A stretch of 61,293 nucleotides of DNA, the filler included, from an uncultured Methanosarcinales archaeon (GTDB lineage: Archaea > Nanobdellota > Nanobdellia > Woesearchaeales > GW2011-AR9): NCBI GenBank assembly GCA_964343575.1. It is 6 parts of 4 records of this genome, joined end to end, with 100 filler letters (N's around TTAATTAATTAA, not from the genome) between each part and the next. Parts side by side here need not be neighbours in the genome. Positions count along the whole stretch, not along the records: positions 31,590 to 50,142 come from CAYFJV010000004.1; 5 more parts are not named here. One strand, given 5' to 3'. The notes beneath the pieces were generated by a model, which was given only the letters and a program-made list of their open reading frames with translations, was not told the DNA's origin and ran no database searches. Position numbers and translations under genes: made by a program. Numbering within the stretch: the first letter of the stretch is position 1; the number at the start of each line of letters is the position of its first letter. Positions 38,840-47,790 of this stretch are shown one piece after another.

Positions 38840-40453
38840 TTAAGGATTTAGCAGAGCATCAAGTCTAGCATAATCATCTTTACGCATGTTGAAGTCCAGT
38901 GATTTTTTGTTTTCTTGCAGATGTTTTGTATTGCTTGCTTTGAAAATCACAATAACATTCTTTTTTGATGCTAACCAATTGAGGATGATTTGTGCATCTG
39001 TTTTACGGTATTTCTTAGCCAGATCAGAGACGACAGTATTTTTCTTTTCATTTATAATGCCCCTCCCGAATACTTTGTATGCGATAACCAAAATACCATT
39101 CTTTTGACACCATTCAATAGTCTTAAGATCAATAGTTTTAGCGAAAATGTTATACTTGAGTTCATTAGCAACTATTTTGTATTTTGAATACCTTTTCGCT
39201 TCTTTTAGTTGTGCAACATTGAAGCTGCTTACACCTATGTTTTTCACTAATCCTTTGTCAACAAGATGGTTCATTGCCTTCATTGTTTCCTTGATTGGAA
39301 TTTTTGGATTTGGACTATGAATAAGATACAAATCAGTGTATTGTGTTCCTAATCTGTTCAGACTACTTTTGGCGGACTTAATAACATTATCATAACCAAG
39401 ATTTTTTTCACTTACTTTTGTTGTTATGAACAGCTTTTTCCTGTCGTATTTTTTGATTGCTTTTCCGACTAGTTCTTCAGTGTGTCCTCCACCATATTTC
39501 TCAGCTGTATCGATATGTGTGAATCCTAATTTTATTGCTTGTTGGATTGATTTGATATGTTCTCTGTCCTTACCATAATCTGCGCTGTATTCACCTCCCA
39601 TGCTAAAGGTTCCAATACCTAAAACAGGAATATTAAGGTCTCCCAATTTCTTAGCGTGTTCTTTTTTCCCATACTGTTTTTCTAGTCTTTTCAAATGTGA
39701 TTTCATTTTAGAGATAAATCTTGAATGGGTTCTTTTATCTTTAGCAGGATTGCTTCGTAATTTCCAAGCGTCGTGGACAGGGTGGCTTTTTTCTTTGACC
39801 GACGCAACTAAACTTTTCCAAGAGTGGGTGTGAGGTTTCCCTTTTACCATTTGTTCGTACTCTGCTAACCAAAAAACTTGTTTGATAATCTGATCAAAAG
39901 TAAAAACCTCTTTTTCATATAAGGGGATAAAAATTGTTTTCCAAGCTTTAATAAGTCCACGTAGCCTGTCTTCTGGTCTTCTTGCAGGGAAGTCACATAC
40001 TTTGAGTCCTTTTCCCCAAATGAGTCTAAATCTTACAAATTCATCTATTGATGGTGCTCCTTTTGGTCCTTTTTCTTTACGTGCATGATACCGTTTTCGA
40101 TTTTTTAGTTCCCAGAGAGAAAGAGGAAGCAACTCTGTTGGCTTTAGCTCCTTTTTTTGTTCACCTTGCAACTTTAATATGGGATTTAATGTTTTATTAT
40201 CATATACGATTGGAACAAAATCAACGTCGCTTTTTTCTTTCATCTCACGGCGAACAAAACTACCTTTCAGATAAATTGAATGAATCTCCTCTTTAGAAAT
40301 TTTAGTAAAAAGAATGCGTTTAGCCTTTCTAATAGATTTAATTGCCCTTTGTTCTAATGGAGTCTTATTCTTCCACTCTCTCCAAAACTCCTTTTTAGTA
40401 GGACTTGTTGCATTTTTCTTTTTTCCAGCATCTTTTGTAATTTTTGATTTCAT
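38840..40453 (-). CDS. Nucleotidyltransferase-like domain fused to aldo/keto reductase
   Basis: YLKGSF...SDVDFV N-domain; LGIGT, IDTAEKYG, DLYLIHSP and IGVS AKR motifs; start 40453 by ATGA overlap. Confidence 0.8.
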   Translation of the reverse strand: MKSKITKDAGKKKNATSPTKKEFWREWKNKTPLEQRAIKSIRKAKRILFTKISKEEIHSIYLKGSFVRREMKEKSDVDFVPIVYDNKTLNPILKLQGEQKKELKPTELLPLSLWELKNRKRYHARKEKGPKGAPSIDEFVRFRLIWGKGLKVCDFPARRPEDRLRGLIKAWKTIFIPLYEKEVFTFDQIIKQVFWLAEYEQMVKGKPHTHSWKSLVASVKEKSHPVHDAWKLRSNPAKDKRTHSRFISKMKSHLKRLEKQYGKKEHAKKLGDLNIPVLGIGTFSMGGEYSADYGKDREHIKSIQQAIKLGFTHIDTAEKYGGGHTEELVGKAIKKYDRKKLFITTKVSEKNLGYDNVIKSAKSSLNRLGTQYTDLYLIHSPNPKIPIKETMKAMNHLVDKGLVKNIGVSSFNVAQLKEAKRYSKYKIVANELKYNIFAKTIDLKTIEWCQKNGILVIAYKVFGRGIINEKKNTVVSDLAKKYRKTDAQIILNWLASKKNVIVIFKASNTKHLQENKKSLDFNMRKDDYARLDALLNP

Positions 40454-40701
40454 CTTCTGTACTTGATCCATAATTTTTTGAAGAAGGGCAATGACAAAGT
40501 CGAAAGTACAAACCCCGCTGTAGGAACAATTGAGTTGATGAATGGTTTTGGTAGCTGAGCAACAAAGAAGAACAACACTATTGTCAAGTACGTGAGAACT
40601 GCTATGATAAGTTTTCTTGCCATGCTTGTCTCCCATGCTTTGTCGAGTTCAACTCGTTTGTTTCTTTTTTCTATTTCAGTTACTCTTTTTTCGAAATTCA
40701 T
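40450..40701 (-). CDS. Small two-TM membrane protein
   Basis: RNKRVELDKAWETS followed by two TM helices; GGTGA SD. Confidence 0.7.
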   Translation of the reverse strand: MNFEKRVTEIEKRNKRVELDKAWETSMARKLIIAVLTYLTIVLFFFVAQLPKPFINSIVPTAGFVLSTLSLPFFKKLWIKYRR

Positions 40702-40705
40702 AGTT

Positions 40706-41239
40706 TCACCTTGTTTTGGCATACAGATAATTGTCATAATATTTCCCATTTTGAAAGTGGTCTTTTTTCATAACTCCTTCAAGTTTGTATCCTGATTTTT
40801 CGAGCATTCTTGCTGATGCTTTGTTAAACGTTCTTACTCTGCCGATGACTCTAACAAGTTTGTACGTTTGAAAAGCATGTTTTAATAATAGTTTATGTGC
40901 TTTTGTTCCGATTCCTTGACCTCTAAATTGTGGACAGACTAATGATCCAGTAACTGCCTTATGTTTGTAACGAATATCGTGGAGTGATATCCAACCAGCA
41001 ATCTGGTCATCTTTTTCTATGACAAAGAACTCTTCTTGACGTTTGTTTGTTGGAAGTTTATATTGAGCAATTTTTTCCTGAATCTCTTTCTTTGCGTCAT
41101 CCAGTGACTTTGGTACACTGTAAAAATTCTTTGTAGCCTCTTTGTCATGACACTTAAAGAATGCTTCAGCATCATCTAATGTGACATGTCGCAGACAGAT
41201 GGTTCTTTTTTTATTTTTGACTTCTTGCATGTTTATCAC
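40706..41239 (-). CDS. GNAT acetyltransferase (RimJ/RimL-like)
   Basis: FRGQGIGT and NKASARMLEKSGYKLEG motifs. Confidence 0.88.
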   Translation of the reverse strand: MINMQEVKNKKRTICLRHVTLDDAEAFFKCHDKEATKNFYSVPKSLDDAKKEIQEKIAQYKLPTNKRQEEFFVIEKDDQIAGWISLHDIRYKHKAVTGSLVCPQFRGQGIGTKAHKLLLKHAFQTYKLVRVIGRVRTFNKASARMLEKSGYKLEGVMKKDHFQNGKYYDNYLYAKTR

Positions 41240-41284
41240 ATCATCAATTTTTTAAACTTATCTTTGTGTTTTACTTTCATAATC

Positions 41285-41680
41285 TTACCTCTGCCATTCT
41301 TCTATGTCTGGTGAAAAGTCCAGTTGATATTCTGGAATGCCTAATCTCACACCATACTCTTTTACTTTATCATATTGCTCGGGCTTTGAACGATCAACTT
41401 TGAAAACTTTATTACGAAAGATGATGTAATGAAGCTTGCGATTCTTGAAGTCAGAATACCAGTCATGTTCAGAATCTAACGATTCACTCAATTCTTGAGC
41501 AATAAATTCGACTTTTCCTTCAGATATTTCTACCGTATGCAATGTCCATTGAGAAATCCAGGGCGTTTGATGTTCATCAGTAACTTTTTCAACTTTTGTC
41601 TTGATAATTCTTACCTTTTGAAGAACATCTTTGTTCTCCAGACTTTCTTCAATTATTACTCCTGTAAATAGATTGGTCAT
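41285..41680 (-). CDS. Conserved hypothetical protein
   Basis: GVIIEESL...WYSDF...YIIF...GIPEYQLDF; overlapping operon gene. Confidence 0.7.
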   Translation of the reverse strand: MTNLFTGVIIEESLENKDVLQKVRIIKTKVEKVTDEHQTPWISQWTLHTVEISEGKVEFIAQELSESLDSEHDWYSDFKNRKLHYIIFRNKVFKVDRSKPEQYDKVKEYGVRLGIPEYQLDFSPDIEEWQR

Positions 41681-42192
41681 TTTTTCACCCCATAATGCTT
41701 AAGGACATCTCCCCCAGACCAAGCTTTTGTATCTTCCATAGAATAGCCAACATCTATAACGGCTGCTTTTAGTTTTTCTAATGTTGGTGCTTCTATCTCT
41801 AAGAAAGGAGGGACGTTTGGAAATTTGTCAATTTCAAAACGCACCCCATTTAATTCAAAAGAGGTCCTATGTTTCCTTGCTTGTGCATATTCTTGTAATC
41901 CAATTGATTCAAAAATTTTCTTCATTGTAGTAAAATCATCAACGTATACTTCTAGTTCTTTCATTACTTTAGCTTCCTCTTTACTGATCTCAGTCTTGAA
42001 TGTCAGTTCAACCGCTTTGTCTTTCTTTCGTAGACGTAACATTTTTTCTTGATTGGCCATGCTTCTATCTGCAAAATCAAGGTATGATGCTACTATTTCA
42101 CCGTCGAATATTTTCTTTGCCCCAAGTTCTTTGAGTCTTTCGACTATCTTTGCTGGTTCAACTTCTAATATTTTTACTTCAATTTCTTCCAT
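41677..42192 (-). CDS. CYTH domain protein (class IV adenylate cyclase/triphosphatase-like)
   Basis: EIEVK, LRLR, LTFK, K.R and FLEIE motifs. Confidence 0.88.
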   Translation of the reverse strand: MEEIEVKILEVEPAKIVERLKELGAKKIFDGEIVASYLDFADRSMANQEKMLRLRKKDKAVELTFKTEISKEEAKVMKELEVYVDDFTTMKKIFESIGLQEYAQARKHRTSFELNGVRFEIDKFPNVPPFLEIEAPTLEKLKAAVIDVGYSMEDTKAWSGGDVLKHYGVKK

Positions 42193-42724
42193 TTTCTATG
42201 ATAATCAGTTGTGGACAAAATTTAAGATGATTCCTTAAGGATGAGATTGCCTTTGACAATGTCTTGGAATCTATCATTTTTACTTTGCCGTCCCATGTGT
42301 CAAATATTTTGTACTGGCTATTCTTTTTCTCTAAAACTGTGATGAAGTGCGGCGCATGATAAACTCCAAAAAGAAAATAAGCATCAATATAGACAATTGG
42401 CTGATTCTCTTCCAGAACACTGTCTATTAATTTAAGATTAATTTTCCGTACTTTATTTTTTATCTTCACTGACGTTTTTATTTTTGTAATGTGATTGAGA
42501 AACGGTCTGTTATCGACAATTCTAAAGATATTGGTGTTAAATTTTTTTGCAATATAATCCAAGTGCCCAATAACAAAATCATCCTTACTAAATCTAAAAG
42601 AATGATTAATTACTTCAAGCTCAATCTTCTGGGTAATCTTAGTGGGTATTATTTTATCAACAGCTTGCAAAAGACAACAGGCTAAACAAGTTTCATACGT
42701 TGACTGAGTATATTTTTGAATCAT
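42179..42724 (-). CDS. Peptidase C39-like protein
   Basis: Q....TCLAC, HFITV and IFDTW catalytic pattern. Confidence 0.65.
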   Translation of the reverse strand: MIQKYTQSTYETCLACCLLQAVDKIIPTKITQKIELEVINHSFRFSKDDFVIGHLDYIAKKFNTNIFRIVDNRPFLNHITKIKTSVKIKNKVRKINLKLIDSVLEENQPIVYIDAYFLFGVYHAPHFITVLEKKNSQYKIFDTWDGKVKMIDSKTLSKAISSLRNHLKFCPQLIIIENGRN

Positions 42725-43917
42725 TCTTTTACCTCGTTAATTTTGTGATACAAGTAAATTCCAATAAGTACAAATATTCCTGATATAAAAATAGTCCATT
42801 GCCCTCCAAGTATATCAACAAGATAACCTACTAGAGGAACTGAGGCAAACCCTACAATAGCAAGAAGCATTGATTCAATAGACCCAATTGTTGCCCTTAA
42901 CTTGCTTGGGATATATTTGTGAAAAAATACTCTCTCTACTGGCCTAGTCATTGAAAAAAAGAACATTGATCCCAAAACAACAGCCATCCCAAATGCTATA
43001 TTGTTTGCTAGTATGACAAGCAACGTTAGCAAAGCTCCTAAAGTTAGAGAAGTTATAATAAATTGTCTTTCTCTGTTTTTCACATAGAATTTTCTTCCTA
43101 GTATTGGAGACATCATTGTTAGCGACATTAAGGTTCCAAGATAACCAAACCAATGGTCTTGGAAACCCAATCCTTGTAAATAAGGTGTCACACTTAGTTG
43201 TCCTCCCAAAACTCCTGCAAAAGCAAGAATAGAAGCAGCGACAAAAAATAACGGTAACACGTGATGTTTTTTACTGTAACACATTGCAACTATTGATTGC
43301 TTCTTAATGTCCGTCAACGCTTGAACAACATGACTCTTTTTTTTCTTATATCGTTCCTTTGCCCAAGATAACAGAATTATTGATGTAAGAAATGAAATTG
43401 CACTCATTGGCCAGACAATAGAAAGACCAAAATTTTTTACAAGTATTGCACCAATAAGTCCTGCTAAGATATATCCGATACTTTCTATGATTTGGCTTTT
43501 TGAGAAATAATCATGAATTAGATGTTTATTCTTACTCCCTGCCAAATCAGTTATCCATGCTTCTTTTGCACCTGATGAAAAAGTTACTCCAAACCCTAAA
43601 AGAGAAAATACACCAATTAAAGCATAGAAATCCTTGACAAAGAATACCAATAAGTAACTTATTCCTTCTATGAAATAACCAAGAAGAACAGAAAATTTCC
43701 TACCATACAAATCAGCAATTGCTCCTGTGGGAATCTCAAATAAAAATGCTACTAATGGAGATATTGCCACCAATATTCCTACTTGAAGAGCTGTTAAACC
43801 TGAATTTAGAAAGTAGACTACAAAGAAAAAAGCTACAAGAGATAATGATCGGCTAATTACAAGTTCGAGATAAAATGGCCAAAATATTCTTAACTCGTTT
43901 TTTGAAAAGAATTTCAT
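42721..43917 (-). CDS. MFS transporter
   Basis: About 12 TMs; FEIPTGAIADLYGRKFS motif A; RATIGS. Confidence 0.9.
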   Translation of the reverse strand: MKFFSKNELRIFWPFYLELVISRSLSLVAFFFVVYFLNSGLTALQVGILVAISPLVAFLFEIPTGAIADLYGRKFSVLLGYFIEGISYLLVFFVKDFYALIGVFSLLGFGVTFSSGAKEAWITDLAGSKNKHLIHDYFSKSQIIESIGYILAGLIGAILVKNFGLSIVWPMSAISFLTSIILLSWAKERYKKKKSHVVQALTDIKKQSIVAMCYSKKHHVLPLFFVAASILAFAGVLGGQLSVTPYLQGLGFQDHWFGYLGTLMSLTMMSPILGRKFYVKNRERQFIITSLTLGALLTLLVILANNIAFGMAVVLGSMFFFSMTRPVERVFFHKYIPSKLRATIGSIESMLLAIVGFASVPLVGYLVDILGGQWTIFISGIFVLIGIYLYHKINEVKE

Positions 43918-44474
43918 TGTGATACCTCTTTTAAGATATCACTCAAAAGATTCTCAAATTTTGTGTATCCTGTTTTTTCGTTAAAATGACCTGCGCCTTT
44001 AACCAATTTAATTTTCACACCTAATTTTTTAGCTAAGTGTTCGCCATTATCAACAGGAACATATGGATCATTATCTGAGTGATACATGTAGAATTGTTTA
44101 CAATTTTGTTTAATTTCGTTCCAGTCAAATTCTTTTGTAACAAATGTCTTATTGATGTCATCGAAGGTATTGTTTCCCAGTAAACCTATGAAACCAGACA
44201 CAAAAAAACACGCTCTTACTGGGACATTTATTTTTCCAAGAATAGATAGTATAAATGCAGGCCCAAGACTATGCCCTATGAAGACTGTATTTTGATCTAC
44301 TTGATTAATGTACGGTTCAAAGGTATTCATCCATGTATCGAGTTTTTGATTTTTAGGTGTTGGAAAAGTTGGAACTATTACTTCATGTCCTTGCTCCTCA
44401 AGTTTCTTTTTTAACCAAGGGAACCAATTCTCCTCTGGGCTTCCGTATGCCCCATGAATTATGAAAAACTTCAT
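43914..44474 (-). CDS. RBBP9/YdeN alpha/beta hydrolase
   Basis: IIHG..GSP..NWFPWL, GHSLG, SDNDPYVP and AGHFN. Confidence 0.9.
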   Translation of the reverse strand: MKFFIIHGAYGSPEENWFPWLKKKLEEQGHEVIVPTFPTPKNQKLDTWMNTFEPYINQVDQNTVFIGHSLGPAFILSILGKINVPVRACFFVSGFIGLLGNNTFDDINKTFVTKEFDWNEIKQNCKQFYMYHSDNDPYVPVDNGEHLAKKLGVKIKLVKGAGHFNEKTGYTKFENLLSDILKEVSQ

Positions 44475-44475
44475 T

Positions 44476-45054
44476 TTACTTCCCATTAATCATTCCTCTT
44501 ATTTCCTTGTTGAATTTGATTGCTCGTTGGAGTGATGTTTTGGCTTTGTTTTCCATTGCATGTTCTCCTGTTTCGTAGGTGAATGTTGCTCGTTTTCTTT
44601 TTTCGTAAAAATATTCTTGGATCATTTCTCCTGCTCGTTGCTGACCCAGCAGTTCTGCCACATCTTCTTTAGCTGCAGCATAAAACTCAAAGAGCTGTTT
44701 TTGCAATTTGCCAGTTGAGTAAAAATAGTGAACCAACGCATCAAAGGTAAGTGCATGGATTGAAAGGTCTGCTTTGAGTTTGATGCCTGAGTGTTCGAGA
44801 AGTGCTCGTGCCATGTAAAACATGGAATAATAACTGGCATTGATAACCCATAAGAATCCTGTCAGATCATCATATCCTTTGTAATCATGTTTAGTTGAGA
44901 CGTCAAAAAGGCAACGGGCTGATTGGATGGAGTCTTCTGCATTTTTGAGAAAGAAATCTACATGTTCTACTTTTTGTTTGGAAACAACAATCCTGTCAGC
45001 GATGTATTGTTTCATTCTGCTTTCGACTTCTTTGAGTTTCTTTTCTTCAATCAT
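44476..45054 (-). CDS. HEPN domain protein
   Basis: YYSMFYMARALL, H.LT and R....Y; paired with MNT. Confidence 0.8.
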   Translation of the reverse strand: MIEEKKLKEVESRMKQYIADRIVVSKQKVEHVDFFLKNAEDSIQSARCLFDVSTKHDYKGYDDLTGFLWVINASYYSMFYMARALLEHSGIKLKADLSIHALTFDALVHYFYSTGKLQKQLFEFYAAAKEDVAELLGQQRAGEMIQEYFYEKRKRATFTYETGEHAMENKAKTSLQRAIKFNKEIRGMINGK

Positions 45055-45665
45055 TTTCTCCCCCTGTCCAGTAATCGGTAAAAGAGCTCGGCTCCATGAA
45101 TAATAATATGTTTGTTGAGCACTTCGTTCATGACATTGCGTTGTTCTCGTTTACCAAGCATTTCATACACACTTTCATACGAGATGCAAACAATGTGCAG
45201 TTTCTCATCCAACTCATAATCTCGTGAAACATTGTGTAGGAATGCTTCTGCTGATTCTGTCTTATCCATGCTATCAACAATTAAGAGTACATCAATATCT
45301 CTTGGGTTATTCTTATTGACTACTGAACCAAAGAGGAGCAGGACAAAGCTTTCCTCTTTGAATTTCTTGATAAATGCTTCAAGACACATTGACAAGTCTC
45401 TATGCTTAGGTTTGCCTAAAAGTGAGTCTCTGCGCAAATATTCAGCGTAGGAGAGGATATTGTGGTGTTCTCTGAAGTCGAGCATGACTCTGCCGTGTTC
45501 TGTTTCCTTAAGCAATTTATGCTTGTCTATGAGTGGTTTAATGGCTCTGTGAACAAGACTGTAGTCTATGTTGAGTTCTCTTTCTACTTGACGGATACTG
45601 AATGTTTCAGTAATTCTACTTGTGAATAATTGCATGATCCGTAATTGTGTTTTTGTGAGTATCAT
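45051..45665 (-). CDS. wHTH plus minimal nucleotidyltransferase (MNT)
   Basis: FSIRQVERELNIDYSLV HTH; LFGS...RDIDVL. Confidence 0.8.
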   Translation of the reverse strand: MILTKTQLRIMQLFTSRITETFSIRQVERELNIDYSLVHRAIKPLIDKHKLLKETEHGRVMLDFREHHNILSYAEYLRRDSLLGKPKHRDLSMCLEAFIKKFKEESFVLLLFGSVVNKNNPRDIDVLLIVDSMDKTESAEAFLHNVSRDYELDEKLHIVCISYESVYEMLGKREQRNVMNEVLNKHIIIHGAELFYRLLDRGRK

Positions 45666-45737
45666 GGTACTTTTTAGTAATCAACCTATGACTTCTCAGT
45701 CATCATTTGATGACTCTTTATACATATATAAAGCTTT

Positions 45738-46790
45738 CTATAATCCCAAGTACTGGACGGTTGAAGTATTGCCATTTCTGCCTCCATAAACTCGTTTTAT
45801 CTCCACATACTTATTCAGCTCTAAAGTCTTCACCTTACGATAAAAGGTACGATAGACCAACGCTCCCGTACCATTCTTGTAGTCTACAAAGAGGTTGGCT
45901 ATCGTCTCGCCGCTTCTCGCCTTAATCAACTGTAAAATCTCACGAGATTTCTGATCCAAATCAGAACTGCCTTTCACTGAATACTTATCCACTTTATCAA
46001 GTATCTTCTCCACATGCTCAGCTTCAATCTTACGTGAAGAAGCATCTTCTGCCGCTTTTCCAGCCTTCTGCAAGATCAATAATCCGCACCTGATATCTCC
46101 CAAGTCATGAGTCTTTTTCACTGCTAATTTGAGCGCTTCAGGAGTCCAAGCTCCCTTAAAGAAAGCATGCTCAATACGTTCTTTGAGAATACCTATGGTC
46201 TCTCCCATGCTATATTTCTTGAACTCCACAAATTCCAGGAACAGACGTGACCTGACTCGCTTATCCATTGAGAATAACTTGTTCTTATGGTTCGTGATCA
46301 AGATGATTGTGTGACGATAAATATTTTCAGCAATGAAATACAGGAAATCAAAGTCCTCAACCTTATCAATTTCATCGAAGACAAACACTGCTGATTTCTT
46401 GTTGAGAATATTAGCAATCTCCCTAAACAAAGCAACACCCTTCTTGTTGGGCGTGAAAGGGTACTGTAATTGCTCGCAGATATTCAGAGCCACTTTAAAC
46501 GTCGTGTTGTGTTCCCAACAATTCACAAAGATAGGAATAACCTTGTCTGTTGTTTCCTCTAGTTCTTTGAGAATGTGTTTACAGGCCAAGGTTTTACCAA
46601 TTCCTGATGTTCCATAGACAAGGATGTTGCCACCGTTTCTTTTACGAAATAAAGGCTTCATGCTATCAGCTATGGCAAACTGTTGATTTTCCCGAAATCT
46701 CACTAGTTTAGGCTGGTAATCAAAATCCAGCACTTGCGAGTTTTTGAACAGAGATTCCTCTGCATGAAGCATATCTTGAAAAAGCGGCAT
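45738..46790 (-). CDS. cdc6: Orc1/Cdc6 replication initiator family AAA+ ATPase
   Basis: LDFDYQP, Walker A GTSGIGKT, VNC, Walker B FDEID, RVRSRL, GDIR and C-terminal wH. Confidence 0.92.
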   Translation of the reverse strand: MPLFQDMLHAEESLFKNSQVLDFDYQPKLVRFRENQQFAIADSMKPLFRKRNGGNILVYGTSGIGKTLACKHILKELEETTDKVIPIFVNCWEHNTTFKVALNICEQLQYPFTPNKKGVALFREIANILNKKSAVFVFDEIDKVEDFDFLYFIAENIYRHTIILITNHKNKLFSMDKRVRSRLFLEFVEFKKYSMGETIGILKERIEHAFFKGAWTPEALKLAVKKTHDLGDIRCGLLILQKAGKAAEDASSRKIEAEHVEKILDKVDKYSVKGSSDLDQKSREILQLIKARSGETIANLFVDYKNGTGALVYRTFYRKVKTLELNKYVEIKRVYGGRNGNTSTVQYLGL

Positions 46791-46835
46791 CCTTATCTGA
46801 AATATTTCCGGCCTTTATAAATACTTTTCGGCAGA

Positions 46836-46917
46836 ATGTCAAGTCCAGACCAAAAAAGTAGTATTTTCACAGCTTCACCTCGAAAGATTTACGAAAATAA
46901 GGGTTTAGACTTGACAT
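46836..46917. repeat. 82-bp unit with 14/16 terminal inverted repeats upstream of cdc6
   Basis: ATGTCAAGTCCAGACC and GGTTTAGACTTGACAT. Confidence 0.75.
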
Positions 46918-46928
46918 AGAGTTGACCA

Positions 46929-47672
46929 TTACTTAGCGCTTTTCCATAGTTGATAGAAAAACTGTCTGAATGATTGAGCTGTGTTTTCGTCTTGGATCAG
47001 TATGCATGAAATTGGTTCTTTGTAATTCATAATTAAAACTGTTTTTTTCCCGAAGATATCAACTGTAACGGGCGTGATTCCTTTCAATACTCTTACTTGG
47101 GTATATTTCATTTTTCTAAATTCCTTATAGAAATCACTTGTTTCTGAGAATAAATGTTTTGCAATTATTTTTTTGCTTATTCTTTTAGGAGACCATTTAA
47201 TCCAGAACCTATTAATTTTTTCATCTTTCAATGAAGTAACTCCCATTGCTAAAATTTCTTCCTTTCTTCCAAGTTTTTCGAAGGCTTCATCAACAGCGGT
47301 TTTTAATCCTCTTAATCCCGTATAAATAGTCGCCCTTGATTTTGCAACAGCTGTATCTCTGATGAGATTTAGCTGAGGTATTGCTTCGTCTATTATTGGC
47401 TCCTCTTGTTTCAGTTGGTTTAACCTTTGTTGAAAATATTCTTTTAACTGATTCGGAGGTGAAGCAGTAAAATGTTTAACACCATTAATAGCAGATTCTG
47501 AGATTAAACCTTTATGTTTCAATGATTCTAAAGTGTCATAAATTCTTCCAGAATTTAATCCTGATTTTTTAAGTATCTCTGCTGTTTTTATTGTTCCAGC
47601 TTTAACTAAGGTTAAATACACTATGCTTTCATTTTTAGTCAACCCAATTTTCTCAAGTGTTCCAACTTCCAT
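46929..47672 (-). CDS. TrmB-family transcriptional regulator
   Basis: LEKIGLTKNESIVYLTL...RIYDTLESL..KGLI; C-terminal F...F..LW. Confidence 0.85.
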   Translation of the reverse strand: MEVGTLEKIGLTKNESIVYLTLVKAGTIKTAEILKKSGLNSGRIYDTLESLKHKGLISESAINGVKHFTASPPNQLKEYFQQRLNQLKQEEPIIDEAIPQLNLIRDTAVAKSRATIYTGLRGLKTAVDEAFEKLGRKEEILAMGVTSLKDEKINRFWIKWSPKRISKKIIAKHLFSETSDFYKEFRKMKYTQVRVLKGITPVTVDIFGKKTVLIMNYKEPISCILIQDENTAQSFRQFFYQLWKSAK

Positions 47673-47790
47673 GTAATTGTTATCACCTAATAATTTATAA
47701 TACTTTCGTTTTACCACCCACTTCATGGGGGGATATATTTATATTCGGATTTTCACAATCACTATCTAATAGTCATAACTAGGATGGAAA

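Larger units (their letters stand above)
31629..46832. mobile_element. Putative integrated element (two tyrosine recombinases, Cdc6, HEPN-MNT, cargo) bounded by a 16-bp direct repeat
   Basis: ATAAATACTTTTCGGC at 31629-31644 and 46817-46832; mobile-type gene content. Confidence 0.55.

Noticed and set aside
40454..40636. N-terminal extension of the 598-aa ORF
   Set aside because: Overlaps the better-supported 40450..40701 gene; the true start is probably 40453
38840..45665. Integron cassette array
   Set aside because: Genes overlap with no room for attC sites, and no IntI-specific features were recognised in the recombinases
46791..46930. Canonical chromosomal oriC with ORB boxes
   Set aside because: No TCCA..GAAAC/G-string ORB consensus visible; kept only as an atypical repeat
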